NCBI GenBank assembly: GCA_965214405.1
Contig: OZ243956.1
Span: 192,001-256,000, forward strand
Direction: 5' to 3'
DNA from: Trueperaceae bacterium
Lineage (GTDB): Bacteria; Deinococcota; Deinococci; Deinococcales; Trueperaceae
Length of the DNA stretch: 64,000 bases
The notes beneath the pieces are model-generated. The model was not told where the DNA came from. It saw only the letters and a program-made list of their open reading frames with translations, and searched no databases. Positions 10,092 through 18,831 of this stretch are shown piece by piece; positions within the stretch are counted from its first letter, which is position 1; each line of letters begins with the position of its first letter. The position numbers and the translations under genes were made by a program.

Positions 10092-10477
10092 TTCTATACC
10101 ATCTTTCTTCCCGTACGGGCGCGCGACCCGCACTCATAGCATTACCGGACCCTAGGGTTTATTAGGGTGTTTGAAAGCCCGGACCGCGACTACCCTTATT
10201 GGCTCCCGCGACGCTTTTATGGTAGCTTATCGCCTCCCAGAAAACAAGCATTTTCGCCCTCCCGCTTCCCCTGTCTCACGGCGTTCTCATAGGGTTTCAG
10301 AACATTACGAGAGGCTCGAGAATACGGAATACAGAAGCCTTTTTATTCTCCCTTCCAAACGCTTTTCTCCTGGTTGGCTTATGTAAAAGTTGTAGGTTTA
10401 GCGCAGCTCTCGGGACTATTTCGTGAACCCCGGCAAAAACTTGTACCCAAAGAGGCCGCGACGCGGTATTCTCCGGC

Positions 10478-10798
10478 ATGGAATATGTCAACCTCCCCAC
10501 GCAGCGACGTTTTGACGAGGGCAAGATGCAGAAAGTGCCCGTGTTCGAGTCCGAGCGGATGTTTTTCGACCAGTATTGCCTGCTGCCGGGGCAGGCGCAA
10601 AAGGTGCATAGCCACGAAGGCGAGGACAAGGTTTACGTGGTTCTGGAGGGCCAAGCGCTTTTTACCATCGGCGACGAGCAGGAAATGCTCGCGGAGGGCA
10701 CCGCCGTCATCGCGCGCGCGGGCACGCCCCACGGCGTCCGTAACGAGGCAGATAGCCCGCTGGTGTTGCTCGTTGCGATGGCACCCAAACCGGCGTAA
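10478..10798 (+). CDS. Cupin domain protein
   Basis: HSH.GEDKVYVVLEG and P.GV.N cupin motifs. Confidence 0.88.
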   Translation: MEYVNLPTQRRFDEGKMQKVPVFESERMFFDQYCLLPGQAQKVHSHEGEDKVYVVLEGQALFTIGDEQEMLAEGTAVIARAGTPHGVRNEADSPLVLLVAMAPKPA

Positions 10799-10804
10799 AG
10801 CTAC

Positions 10805-11236
10805 GTGAACGTGCCTCACACTCCGTCCCAGACCCTTCAGGGCCGCGCCATCGACCATCTGGGTATCGCGGTTGAAGACTTAGAAGAGGCCAGTCTTCCC
10901 TACCGGCTTCTCGGCTTGTCCGTAGAGGGTGAAGATGAACTTATCGCCTCTCAAAACGTGCGCGTCCGGATGTTTCGGGCGGGGGAGGTGTTGGTGGAGC
11001 TGCTCGAGCCCACCCACCCAAACAGCCCCTTCGCCCGCTCTTTGAAAAAACGCGGACCCGGCCTTCACCACGTCGCGTTTCGCAGCGCGAATCTGGAGGG
11101 GGATGTTGCCGCGCTTGTAAAAGAGGGCGCGGTGTTTATCGACCCCAAACCACGACCCGGACGCGCGGGGAGCCGGGTCGTTTTTTTGCACCCCAAGTGG
11201 TCGCACGGGGTCCTCATCGAGTTGGTATCGCATTAG
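10805..11236 (+). CDS. mce: Methylmalonyl-CoA epimerase (VOC family)
   Basis: IDHLGIAV, ELLEP, GPGLHHVAF, FLHPK..GVLIEL. Confidence 0.88.
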   Translation: MNVPHTPSQTLQGRAIDHLGIAVEDLEEASLPYRLLGLSVEGEDELIASQNVRVRMFRAGEVLVELLEPTHPNSPFARSLKKRGPGLHHVAFRSANLEGDVAALVKEGAVFIDPKPRPGRAGSRVVFLHPKWSHGVLIELVSH

Positions 11237-11273
11237 GCGGGGGTACCGGGTCGCGTGGTGGCTCGCGGCGTTT

Positions 11274-11609
11274 TTGTGGATGGGGCTCATTTTTTGGCTC
11301 TCGAGCTCGCCCAACGCCCAGGGCATCACCTTTTTGCGGCCTCCTCTGGACAAGCTCGCGCACGCAGGCTCTTTCGGCTTGCTCGCGCTCTTCTTTCGCT
11401 TCGCCACGGGCCGCGCGCTCCTGAGCGTGCTGCTGGCGTCGTTGTACGGCCTGAGTGACGAACTCCACCAGGCGGGGGTGCCGGGGCGCGACGCGGACGG
11501 GCTCGACTGGGTGGCGGACACGCTGGGGGCGTGCTTTGCGGTAGGCGCTGTATGGTTTTTGACACGGTTGACTCGGCGGCGGCGGAAACGCGCCGAGCCG
11601 TTACAATAG
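11274..11609 (+). CDS. VanZ family membrane protein (start uncertain)
   Basis: DKLAH, DELHQ..VPGR...DWVAD. Confidence 0.85.
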   Translation: MWMGLIFWLSSSPNAQGITFLRPPLDKLAHAGSFGLLALFFRFATGRALLSVLLASLYGLSDELHQAGVPGRDADGLDWVADTLGACFAVGAVWFLTRLTRRRRKRAEPLQ

Positions 11610-11663
11610 CTCCATGAGAGATTTTTACCTCAGTACACCCTCACCCTTCACGCGAGGAGCGCC

Positions 11664-12449
11664 GTGAAGCTGGCGATTGTCGGCGCGGGCAAGATGGGCG
11701 GCGCGGTCCTCACGGGGGCGCTGCGCGCGCACGTCCTGGACGCGGGCGACGTCGGCATTTACCACCCCGACGAAGCGCGCCGCGGCGCGCTGGCCGAGCA
11801 CTACGGCGTGACGGCCCTTACCGACGACGAGATTCACCGGGCCGAGCGTGTGTTAATTGCGGTCAAGCCGCAGCGCTTTGACGAGGTGGCTCCCTTAATC
11901 GCCCGGCGCAACGCCTCGTACATTTCGCTCATGGCGGGCGTGTCCGCGGCGACCATCGCGCGCCGCGTCGGCTCGAGCCGCGTGGTCCGGGCCATGCCCA
12001 ACCTGGGCGCGAGCGTGGGCAAAAGCGCCACCGCGCTCGCCAACCTGCCGCAGGCCACGGCGGAAGACGTCGAGCTGACCGAAACCCTCTTTCGCGCGGT
12101 TGGGACGGTTTACAAGATTTCCGAGGAGCTTTTTGACGCGTTTACGGGCCTGGCGGGCTCGGGTCCCGCCTTTGCCGCGGTGTTCTGTGAGGCGTTGGCC
12201 GACGGCGGCGTGCGGGTGGGTTTCGGGCGTGAGACGGCGCGCGACTTGGCACGGCAGGTACTCTTGGCGGCGGCGACGCTCTTAGAGCATAAAACCCCCG
12301 CCAGCCTCAAAGACGAAGTCTCGAGCGCCGGGGGCACCGCCATCACGGGCGTGATGGCTCTAGAGCGCCACGGCCTCCGCTTCGCCGCCATGAAAGCCGT
12401 CGAGGACGCGACCGCGCGCGCCGCCGCGCTCTCCAGGGAGGACGACTAA
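11664..12449 (+). CDS. proC: Pyrroline-5-carboxylate reductase
   Basis: GAGKMG, AVKPQ, RAMPN, GSGPAF, VSSAGGTA. Confidence 0.95.
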   Translation: MKLAIVGAGKMGGAVLTGALRAHVLDAGDVGIYHPDEARRGALAEHYGVTALTDDEIHRAERVLIAVKPQRFDEVAPLIARRNASYISLMAGVSAATIARRVGSSRVVRAMPNLGASVGKSATALANLPQATAEDVELTETLFRAVGTVYKISEELFDAFTGLAGSGPAFAAVFCEALADGGVRVGFGRETARDLARQVLLAAATLLEHKTPASLKDEVSSAGGTAITGVMALERHGLRFAAMKAVEDATARAAALSREDD

Positions 12450-13030
12450 TGCGCCCTCTCCTCGCTCTGTTATTCGCGCTCGTTACTTTTACCGTCACCC
12501 TTACAGCTACTTCTACGGCTACCGCCCAGGAGAGCTACTTTCCCAACCGCGACGGGCTGAGCTGGACCTACACCAACGGCGAAACCCAAACGCTCACGGG
12601 GCCGCGCCTCGTCAACGGCCAGAGCGTGATGGTGCTGGCGCACGCGCTTGACGGCGTGCCCGTATCCGAGGACTACCTCCTCTACAGCGAAACCGGCGTG
12701 CTCTCCCTCGGCACCGCCGCGGGCGGACAGACGCTCGTCTATACGCCGCCGCTGGTGATTTATCAGGGGGAGAGGCTCGAGGTCGGCGACGCCTGGGCGA
12801 GCACCAGTCAAGTTGGGGATTTAGAAATCACCTTTCAGGCCGAGGTGGTGGGCGTCCGCGGCGTGAGCAGTCCGGCGGGCCGCTTTAACACCCTCCAGAT
12901 TCGCCAGACAACCGTAACCAGCACGGGCGCTCAGACCACTTTAGACCTCTTTTTCGTGCCCACCGTCGGCGTGGTTCGCACCGTGACGCAAGACGGGACG
13001 GTGGTGGATTTGCTCGAGAAGAACTTCTAG
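12449..13030 (+). CDS. Secreted beta-rich hypothetical protein
   Basis: Signal peptide; YFP...WTY, PAGRF, FFVPTVGVVR pattern. Start overlaps the proC stop. Confidence 0.75.
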   Translation: MRPLLALLFALVTFTVTLTATSTATAQESYFPNRDGLSWTYTNGETQTLTGPRLVNGQSVMVLAHALDGVPVSEDYLLYSETGVLSLGTAAGGQTLVYTPPLVIYQGERLEVGDAWASTSQVGDLEITFQAEVVGVRGVSSPAGRFNTLQIRQTTVTSTGAQTTLDLFFVPTVGVVRTVTQDGTVVDLLEKNF

Positions 13031-13102
13031 CCCCTTATTTGAGTTGGGGAGCACGGGAGATGGGAAGAATTTCCTTACCTCCTCCACTCCCTAAAACGTT
13101 CC

Positions 13103-13321
13103 TTAGAAAATGCCAAAGCCGATCGTCAGCCGGAACGCGGCGAGCAAAACGACGACCAGATTGATGTTGCGCCCGCTCGTCCGGTCGCTCAGAAAGCCAA
13201 TCACCAGCCCCACCACCGCGAGCGGGATGACGAGCCAGTTGAACCAGCCCAGCAGGGGGATAAAGCCGACGAGCGCCCCGATAAGCGCAATGATGCCGAT
13301 GATGACGGAAAGAGTGTTCAT
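13103..13321 (-). CDS. Small membrane protein
   Basis: 72 aa hydrophobic, IPLLGWFNW motif; AAGGAGG RBS. Confidence 0.75.
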   Translation of the reverse strand: MNTLSVIIGIIALIGALVGFIPLLGWFNWLVIPLAVVGLVIGFLSDRTSGRNINLVVVLLAAFRLTIGFGIF

Positions 13322-13360
13322 AGGCCCTCCTTACCAAACTATACGGTAAACACCAAACGT

Positions 13361-14632
13361 CTACACCCTACTTTTGGCGTAGACGGGCTCGAGCCATTCC
13401 CGTTTAAGCGCCTCAAAGGTGTCGTCTCTCAAGCTCTGCCGAATCTCCTCACAGAGCCGCGCCATAAAGCGCAGGTTGTGAACCGTGGCGAGCGAGCGGG
13501 CCAGAAGCTCCTCGGCCTTGAAGAGGTGGCGGAGGTAGGCCCTCGAGTAGTTTTGGCACGTGGTGCAGTCGCAGTCGGGGTCGATGGGGCGCGGATCGGC
13601 GGCAAAGGTTGCGTTGCGCAGGTTTAGACGGAACTTAGGTAAAGGTGCGCCGTCGTCGTCCAGCCGTTTGAGGACGCCGCCGTTGCGCGCGTTGCGCGTC
13701 GGGCTCACGCAGTCAAAGGTGTCGCAGCCGCGCGCAACCGCCTCGAATACGTCGGGGGGCTCGCCGATGCCCAGGAGGTGCCGCGGTTTGTCGCGCGGAA
13801 GCTCGGCAATCGTCCAGTCAATGACGCGGTGCATGTCCTCCTTCGTCTTGCCCAGGTTGCCACCAATGGCGAGAGCGTCGAAATCCATTCCCGCAATCAC
13901 CCCCGCGCTCTCGCGGCGGGGAGCTTCGAACGCGCCCCCCTGGACGATGCCGTAGAGCGCCTGCGCGTAGCCGTGTTGCGGGCCGTTCTCCTGGAAATAC
14001 GCCAAAGAACGCGCCGCCCAGCGGTGGGTGCGCGCGGCACTCTTGCGCGTGTACGCCTCGTCGTGTAAGGGCGAGGTGCATTCGTCAAACGCGAGAATCA
14101 TGTCCGCGCCCAGCGCGCGCTGGATGGCGATGGACTTTTCTGGGGTAAACACATGTTCTGAGCCGTCGATGTGGCTCTTGAAGCGCACCTCCTCTTCACC
14201 CACTTGCACCAGTGACGTACCCTTTCCCACTCGAGCCGACCGCCCCGCTTCATTCAGCACGCCCCCCGCCTCACCGGGGAAAATGTTGGCGATTTTGCCG
14301 ACGCCGTGCTCGAGGCTCGCCCCCAGCGAAAACACCTGAAAGCCCCCCGAGTCGGTCATGAGGGGGTGCGGCCAGTTCATAAAACGGTGGAGCCCGCCCA
14401 GCTTGGCGACCACCTCCGCGCCCGGCCTCAAGTAAAGATGATAGGTGTTGGCAAAAAGCACCTGCGTTCCCGCCTCCCTAACCATCTCGGGCGTGACACC
14501 CTTGACCGTCGCCTGCGTGCCCACCGCGACAAAGGCGGGCGTTTCCGTCACCCCGTGCGGCGTGGTGTAACGCGCTAAGCGCGCGGCCCCCTTTTCTAAA
14601 AGAATGTCAAATGCAAAACCGGGTTGTTTCAT
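13361..14632 (-). CDS. tgt: tRNA-guanine transglycosylase
   Basis: TPHG, NTYHL, TDSGGFQVFS, GIVQGG, DTFDCV, CDCTTC zinc site. Start taken at MKQPG. Confidence 0.96.
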   Translation of the reverse strand: MKQPGFAFDILLEKGAARLARYTTPHGVTETPAFVAVGTQATVKGVTPEMVREAGTQVLFANTYHLYLRPGAEVVAKLGGLHRFMNWPHPLMTDSGGFQVFSLGASLEHGVGKIANIFPGEAGGVLNEAGRSARVGKGTSLVQVGEEEVRFKSHIDGSEHVFTPEKSIAIQRALGADMILAFDECTSPLHDEAYTRKSAARTHRWAARSLAYFQENGPQHGYAQALYGIVQGGAFEAPRRESAGVIAGMDFDALAIGGNLGKTKEDMHRVIDWTIAELPRDKPRHLLGIGEPPDVFEAVARGCDTFDCVSPTRNARNGGVLKRLDDDGAPLPKFRLNLRNATFAADPRPIDPDCDCTTCQNYSRAYLRHLFKAEELLARSLATVHNLRFMARLCEEIRQSLRDDTFEALKREWLEPVYAKSRV

Positions 14633-14651
14633 GTTATAAATTCCACGCCAG

Positions 14652-14929
14652 CCAGTGTATAGCGTTTTTCGGCGGTGCAGCGTCCGCGCGCGCAGGCGTG
14701 CGTATCCTCTTCGGAACACAAGCTACCCAAGCCGCGTCCTCGTGGGTCCCAGTTGAGGCGCGTCAGCAGGGCTGATGGAGGAGCCGCGCGAGGAGTAGGC
14801 TATAGGACAGGGTAACTCCACCCCAAGGAGGAGACCTCGTCACCGTCGGTGTCAGGAAGTTGCGTGAGCTCGAGCCGCCATCTCGCGTTAGACAGCGCCG
14901 TGCTTTTTGTAGACACTAAGTGAGTCCAG
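14652..14929 (+). mobile_element. Putative non-autonomous IS110-like element (recombinase deleted)
   Basis: CCAG at both ends. TAGCGT just inside the left end and TAGACA just inside the right end form a promoter only on circularisation. Long hairpin with internal loops. AAGGAGG followed by codons V-T-V-G-V. Confidence 0.4.
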
Positions 14930-15069
14930 CGCAGGTGTAGGGGGCAACATCCTGGGTTGAGCCAGCGTCGGCCCACAGCTCTGCTCGTTGGCGAGGATAT
15001 TGAGAGATTCTTATGACTCGAGGGTATAAAAGCATCATCCTCGTGACCCTAAGCAAAGGAGCCCACCTC

Positions 15070-15981
15070 ATGACCACCCACACCTTTACCCCCCGCCACT
15101 ACCACACCACCCTCGGCTCTCACGAACCCGTCTTGAGCGTCAAAAGCGGCGACACGGTCCAGACCACCACCGTAGACGCCGCGGGTCAGGACAGTACGGG
15201 CGAACGGGTCACCCCGCCCGGCAACCCCATGACCGGCCCCTTCTTTGTCGAGGGGGCGGAGCCGGGGGACACGCTTGAAGTGAGGTTGGGACGCATCACC
15301 CCCACGGGCACCTTCGGCTTCACCTCGAACGCCGTCGCCCCCAACGTCGTCGACCCCGACTTTGTAGTCGAACTGCCCGAGCGTAAACGCGTCCAGTGGC
15401 GGCTCGAGCACGACCAAAAAACCGCCTCTCCCGTTCTGCCCGGTTTGAAGCTCGAGGGCTTCACGCTTCCTTTCGCGCCGATGATTGGCTGCTTCGGCGT
15501 GGCTCCGGCAGGCGGACAGGCCATCTCCACCGCGACCTCCTGGACCCACGGCGGCAACATGGACTACCGCGGCTTTACGGAAAGCGTCAGCGCTTATTTT
15601 CCCGTTTTCGCGCCGGGCGCGCTCTTTTTTATTGGCGACGTTCACGCGCTCCAGGGAGACGGGGAGATTGTCGGGACAGGCGTTGAAGTCGCAAGCGAGG
15701 TGGTGTTTAGTGTAAAGCTCCTCAAAAAATCCTCCGAGTGGCCCAGAGGCGAGACCGACACCCACATCTTTACGGTTGGCAACGCGCGGCCTCTCGACCA
15801 GGCGGTGCAGCACGCGACCACCGAGATGCTGCGCTGGCTCCGGGACGATTATGCGCTGAGTCTAGAGGAGGCCTCCCTTTTGCTCGGGCAGTGCGTCCGT
15901 TATGACCTGGGCAACGTGTTCGACCCCGCTTACACGATGGTTTGTAAGCTGCCCAAGCGGGTGTTAGGGGGGCTAGGGTAA
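15070..15981 (+). CDS. Acetamidase/formamidase family protein
   Basis: NPMTGPFFVEGAEPGD, HGGNMD, GDVHALQGDGE; AAGGAG RBS. Confidence 0.92.
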   Translation: MTTHTFTPRHYHTTLGSHEPVLSVKSGDTVQTTTVDAAGQDSTGERVTPPGNPMTGPFFVEGAEPGDTLEVRLGRITPTGTFGFTSNAVAPNVVDPDFVVELPERKRVQWRLEHDQKTASPVLPGLKLEGFTLPFAPMIGCFGVAPAGGQAISTATSWTHGGNMDYRGFTESVSAYFPVFAPGALFFIGDVHALQGDGEIVGTGVEVASEVVFSVKLLKKSSEWPRGETDTHIFTVGNARPLDQAVQHATTEMLRWLRDDYALSLEEASLLLGQCVRYDLGNVFDPAYTMVCKLPKRVLGGLG

Positions 15982-16124
15982 ACGGGCAACGGACGCACCA
16001 CAGGGGGCAGTCAGAATAAACCGCCTGAATCTGGAGCGCTCAACGGCTCGAGCGGCGCGTGTGAAGAGGCATATGCAAGGTTCAAAAACCTTGTGGACTT
16101 GAGAGCAATTGCTATACTAACGCC

Positions 16125-16484
16125 ATGCCTCAAAACGTCACCCTCACCCTCCCGGAAAGCCTTATGAGCGCCGCCGAGACGCAGGCGCAGCGGGACGCCC
16201 GTCCTGTTGAGGCGGTGCTGCTCGACTGGCTCAGCCAGGGTGCCGACTTGCCCGTTGCGTCACTCGGTGACGCGCAGGTGCTCGAGCTAATCCACACCCA
16301 ATTGAGCGACGGAGACCAGACACGCTTGAGCGCGCTGCTCGAGGGGCAACGTGAAGCCGCATTGACCCCGTCAGAAACAAGTGAGTTAGCAAGGCTGATG
16401 AACGTTTACCGGCGCGGTCTACTACGCAAAGCGGAGGCCCACAAGGTCGCAGTTGAGCGCGGCCTTATCCCGCCTCTAAGCTGA
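16125..16484 (+). CDS. Hypothetical antitoxin-like protein (N-terminal RHH-like VTLTLP)
   Basis: Leaderless start; abuts the HNH gene; helical C-terminus ..GLLRKAEA. Confidence 0.7.
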   Translation: MPQNVTLTLPESLMSAAETQAQRDARPVEAVLLDWLSQGADLPVASLGDAQVLELIHTQLSDGDQTRLSALLEGQREAALTPSETSELARLMNVYRRGLLRKAEAHKVAVERGLIPPLS

Positions 16485-16913
16485 GTGCGCGGCTATCTTC
16501 CTGAAGCGTTGAGGCGGCGAGTGCGTGACGCCGCCCGTCACCGTTGCGGCTACTGCTTGAGCCCACAGCACCTGGTGATGGCGCGCCTCGAGATTGAACA
16601 CCTCACACCCCTTTCTAAAGGCGGTGGCAGCGAGGAGGATAATCTATGGCTGGCTTGCCCGCTATGCAATTCACACAAGGGGAGTCAGACGGAAGCGCCC
16701 GACCCGGAAACGGGCAGCGTTCATCCTCTTTTTAATCCGCGAACCGACCGCTGGCTCGAGCACTTCCGCTGGGCCGAGGCAGGCGTCAAGGTTATTGGAA
16801 CCACACCCATAGGACGGGCAACGGTCACGGCGCTCAAGCTCGACAGCGACCCCGACGCGCTGCTGGTGCGTAGTCTTTGGGTACAGGCAGGGTGGCACCC
16901 ACCAGAGTCTTGA
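16485..16913 (+). CDS. HNH endonuclease
   Basis: CGYC..EIEH..P..GG..NL.LACPLCN..KG, LFNPR..W..HF.W, T..GRATV. Confidence 0.92.
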   Translation: MRGYLPEALRRRVRDAARHRCGYCLSPQHLVMARLEIEHLTPLSKGGGSEEDNLWLACPLCNSHKGSQTEAPDPETGSVHPLFNPRTDRWLEHFRWAEAGVKVIGTTPIGRATVTALKLDSDPDALLVRSLWVQAGWHPPES

Positions 16914-17098
16914 CGAGGAACGGCTCGAGCGGAGCGCGGGAGGGGGCGATGAGGGTTCAAAAGGCTTTTGAGCCAGAGTAGATTTCTTTGAGTTTAGGGG
17001 CCGTTTTTCGCAGTACGCGCGCTAGGCCAACGCCGCCGAGTCATTCACAGTCTACGACTACGCTGAGAAGCTATAAAATAAACGCACGGAGGTCCAAC

Positions 17099-17320
17099 GT
17101 GACCGTTGTTGAAAAATTGCAGACAGCCCAGTTCGTGGTGGACGCTAACGGAATCAGAAAAGCGGTGGTTCTCGAGTTTGCCCTTTGGGAGGAGCTTTTA
17201 CTAATCCTCGAGGACGCTGAGGACGCTGAAGAACTGAACCTCCTCCGCGAGTTTGAAGAAGAGGTCGTTTCTTGGGAGCAGGCCAAGGCGGAACTGCGCG
17301 CCGAAGGGGTAGATGTATAG
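17099..17320 (+). CDS. Antitoxin (RelB-like partner)
   Basis: GGAGG RBS then GTG; QFVVD..G...AVVL, acidic ILEDAED..VSWEQ; overlaps the toxin start. Confidence 0.7.
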   Translation: MTVVEKLQTAQFVVDANGIRKAVVLEFALWEELLLILEDAEDAEELNLLREFEEEVVSWEQAKAELRAEGVDV

Positions 17321-17560
17321 CGTTCGCGTTTTGCGGCGCGCTGTCAAAGACATTGCCAAACTACCCGAGGGCTATACGCGCTTGGTGAGCCAACACGACG
17401 GCCTTGCCGGTAAGCCTCGACCAGCGGACGCGAAAAAGCTTCGTGGGCGAGATGATTACAGCTTACGAGTGGGCGTATATCTATTTTGTACGATGTCAAC
17501 GATGAGACTCAGGTGGTGACAGTTTACCGCGTAAAACACCGTCGAGAAGCTTACCGTTAA
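17313..17560 (+). pseudogene. RelE/ParE-family toxin, frameshifted
   Basis: MYSVRVLRRAVKDIAKL...YSLRVGVY, then a shifted frame continues ILYDVNDETQVVTVYRVKHRREAYR*. One base is missing near 17481-17483. Confidence 0.85.
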
Positions 17561-17577
17561 ATGTTACCAAATACACG

Positions 17578-17846
17578 CTAAGCCAGCGCCGCCAGGTCAT
17601 AATCCGGCGACTGATGGCGAAAGTAGGTGTTGTAAAGCTCCGCGTAGTGCCCGCCCTCCTTCAAAAGCCCCTCGTGCGTGCCTTCTTCAATCACCTCCCC
17701 CTCGCTAAGGACGATGATGCGGTCTGCGGTGCGGATGGTAGAAAGCCTGTGCGCGATGACGATGGCGGTGCGCTCGCGCAAGACGACCTCGAGTCCCTCC
17801 TGAATCTGCGCCTCGGTCAAGGGGTCCACGCTGGCGGTGGCTCATC
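17578..17846 (-). pseudogene. C-terminal fragment of an ABC exporter ATPase
   Basis: DE/TASVDP (frameshifted D-loop), IAHRLSTI, GTHEGLL. No Walker A or TM domain upstream. Confidence 0.8.
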
Positions 17847-17951
17847 GACCCATAGACAGAGCCCGGCCCGCCTCGCCGACATCGGTGTAGCGTCCCTCTC
17901 TTTGTACCCCCCGTTAGCCACGCCCAAAGCGCTTTCGTTAAGATTGACGAG

Positions 17952-18749
17952 ATGACGGACCCAATGACGAACACCCGGTACGACACCGGCTGGCAAACCA
18001 CCCTCGCCGAAGGGCGCGCGCAAGAGGCGCTCAGGCAGTATCTCAGCTCGAGTGGGGACGCCCGAGCGGCGCAACCAGGGGTGGGCGACGCGCTCTCGCT
18101 CCTCGCGCGCGTTCAGGACGACGCGCGCGCCAAACGCTTTGCCAAGGCGCTCACGCGTGTCAAGCGCGAACGCGAGGAACTGCCCGCGCTGGTACCCTGG
18201 GACGAGCTCGAGGCCCAGCTCGAGAGCCTCCGGGAGGCCAACAAGAGCCTCGACCGGCGCGACTCCGAGGAGGCGCTGGCGCGGCTTGACGGGGTGACTT
18301 TATCCCTGCTGGAGGCTGAAAAAGATACGCTCATGGGCACCGCGTATATCTTCGTAAACGACCTGGAGCGCGCCGAGGCGTGTTTTGGGCGGGCGCTGGC
18401 GCGTGATCCCAAACATTACCGGGCGCAGACCAATAAGGGCAACTTAGCGCTCGAGGCGGGGCGCGTAGACGAGGCCATCAGCGCGTATGAGGCCGCGCTC
18501 AAACTCGAGCCCAACTTCCCCAACGCGCACCACAACTTGGGCGTCGCCTACCGGCGCAAAGGCCACATCAACAAAAGCGTCCGCGCGATTCGCACCGCGC
18601 AGCGCACCTCGCGCCGCCACGACACCGAAGACGCGCGCGAGTCGTTCAAAAATATGCGCGTAGGCGGGAGCCGCACACTGCGGTACGCGCTCTGGGGCGT
18701 TGGTGCGGTCTTGCTTTACTTTTTTCTTAGGTCACAAGGGATTCTTTAG
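17952..18749 (+). CDS. Tetratricopeptide repeat protein with C-terminal TM anchor
   Basis: Repeated A..N.G..A...Y..AL...P TPR pattern. Confidence 0.88.
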   Translation: MTDPMTNTRYDTGWQTTLAEGRAQEALRQYLSSSGDARAAQPGVGDALSLLARVQDDARAKRFAKALTRVKREREELPALVPWDELEAQLESLREANKSLDRRDSEEALARLDGVTLSLLEAEKDTLMGTAYIFVNDLERAEACFGRALARDPKHYRAQTNKGNLALEAGRVDEAISAYEAALKLEPNFPNAHHNLGVAYRRKGHINKSVRAIRTAQRTSRRHDTEDARESFKNMRVGGSRTLRYALWGVGAVLLYFFLRSQGIL

Positions 18750-18831
18750 GTGAGGAGACGGGGAGTAAAGGGAGAGGAAATTCTTCCCGTCTCCTCCGCC
18801 CTCGTAAAAAGCTGTGGCAGCGCCGGAACCA

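Noticed and set aside
14650..15020. tmRNA, RNase P RNA, SRP RNA or tRNA in the tgt-acetamidase gap
   Set aside because: No GAGGAAAGTCC, SRP GGAA-loop motif or tRNA-like ends on either strand.
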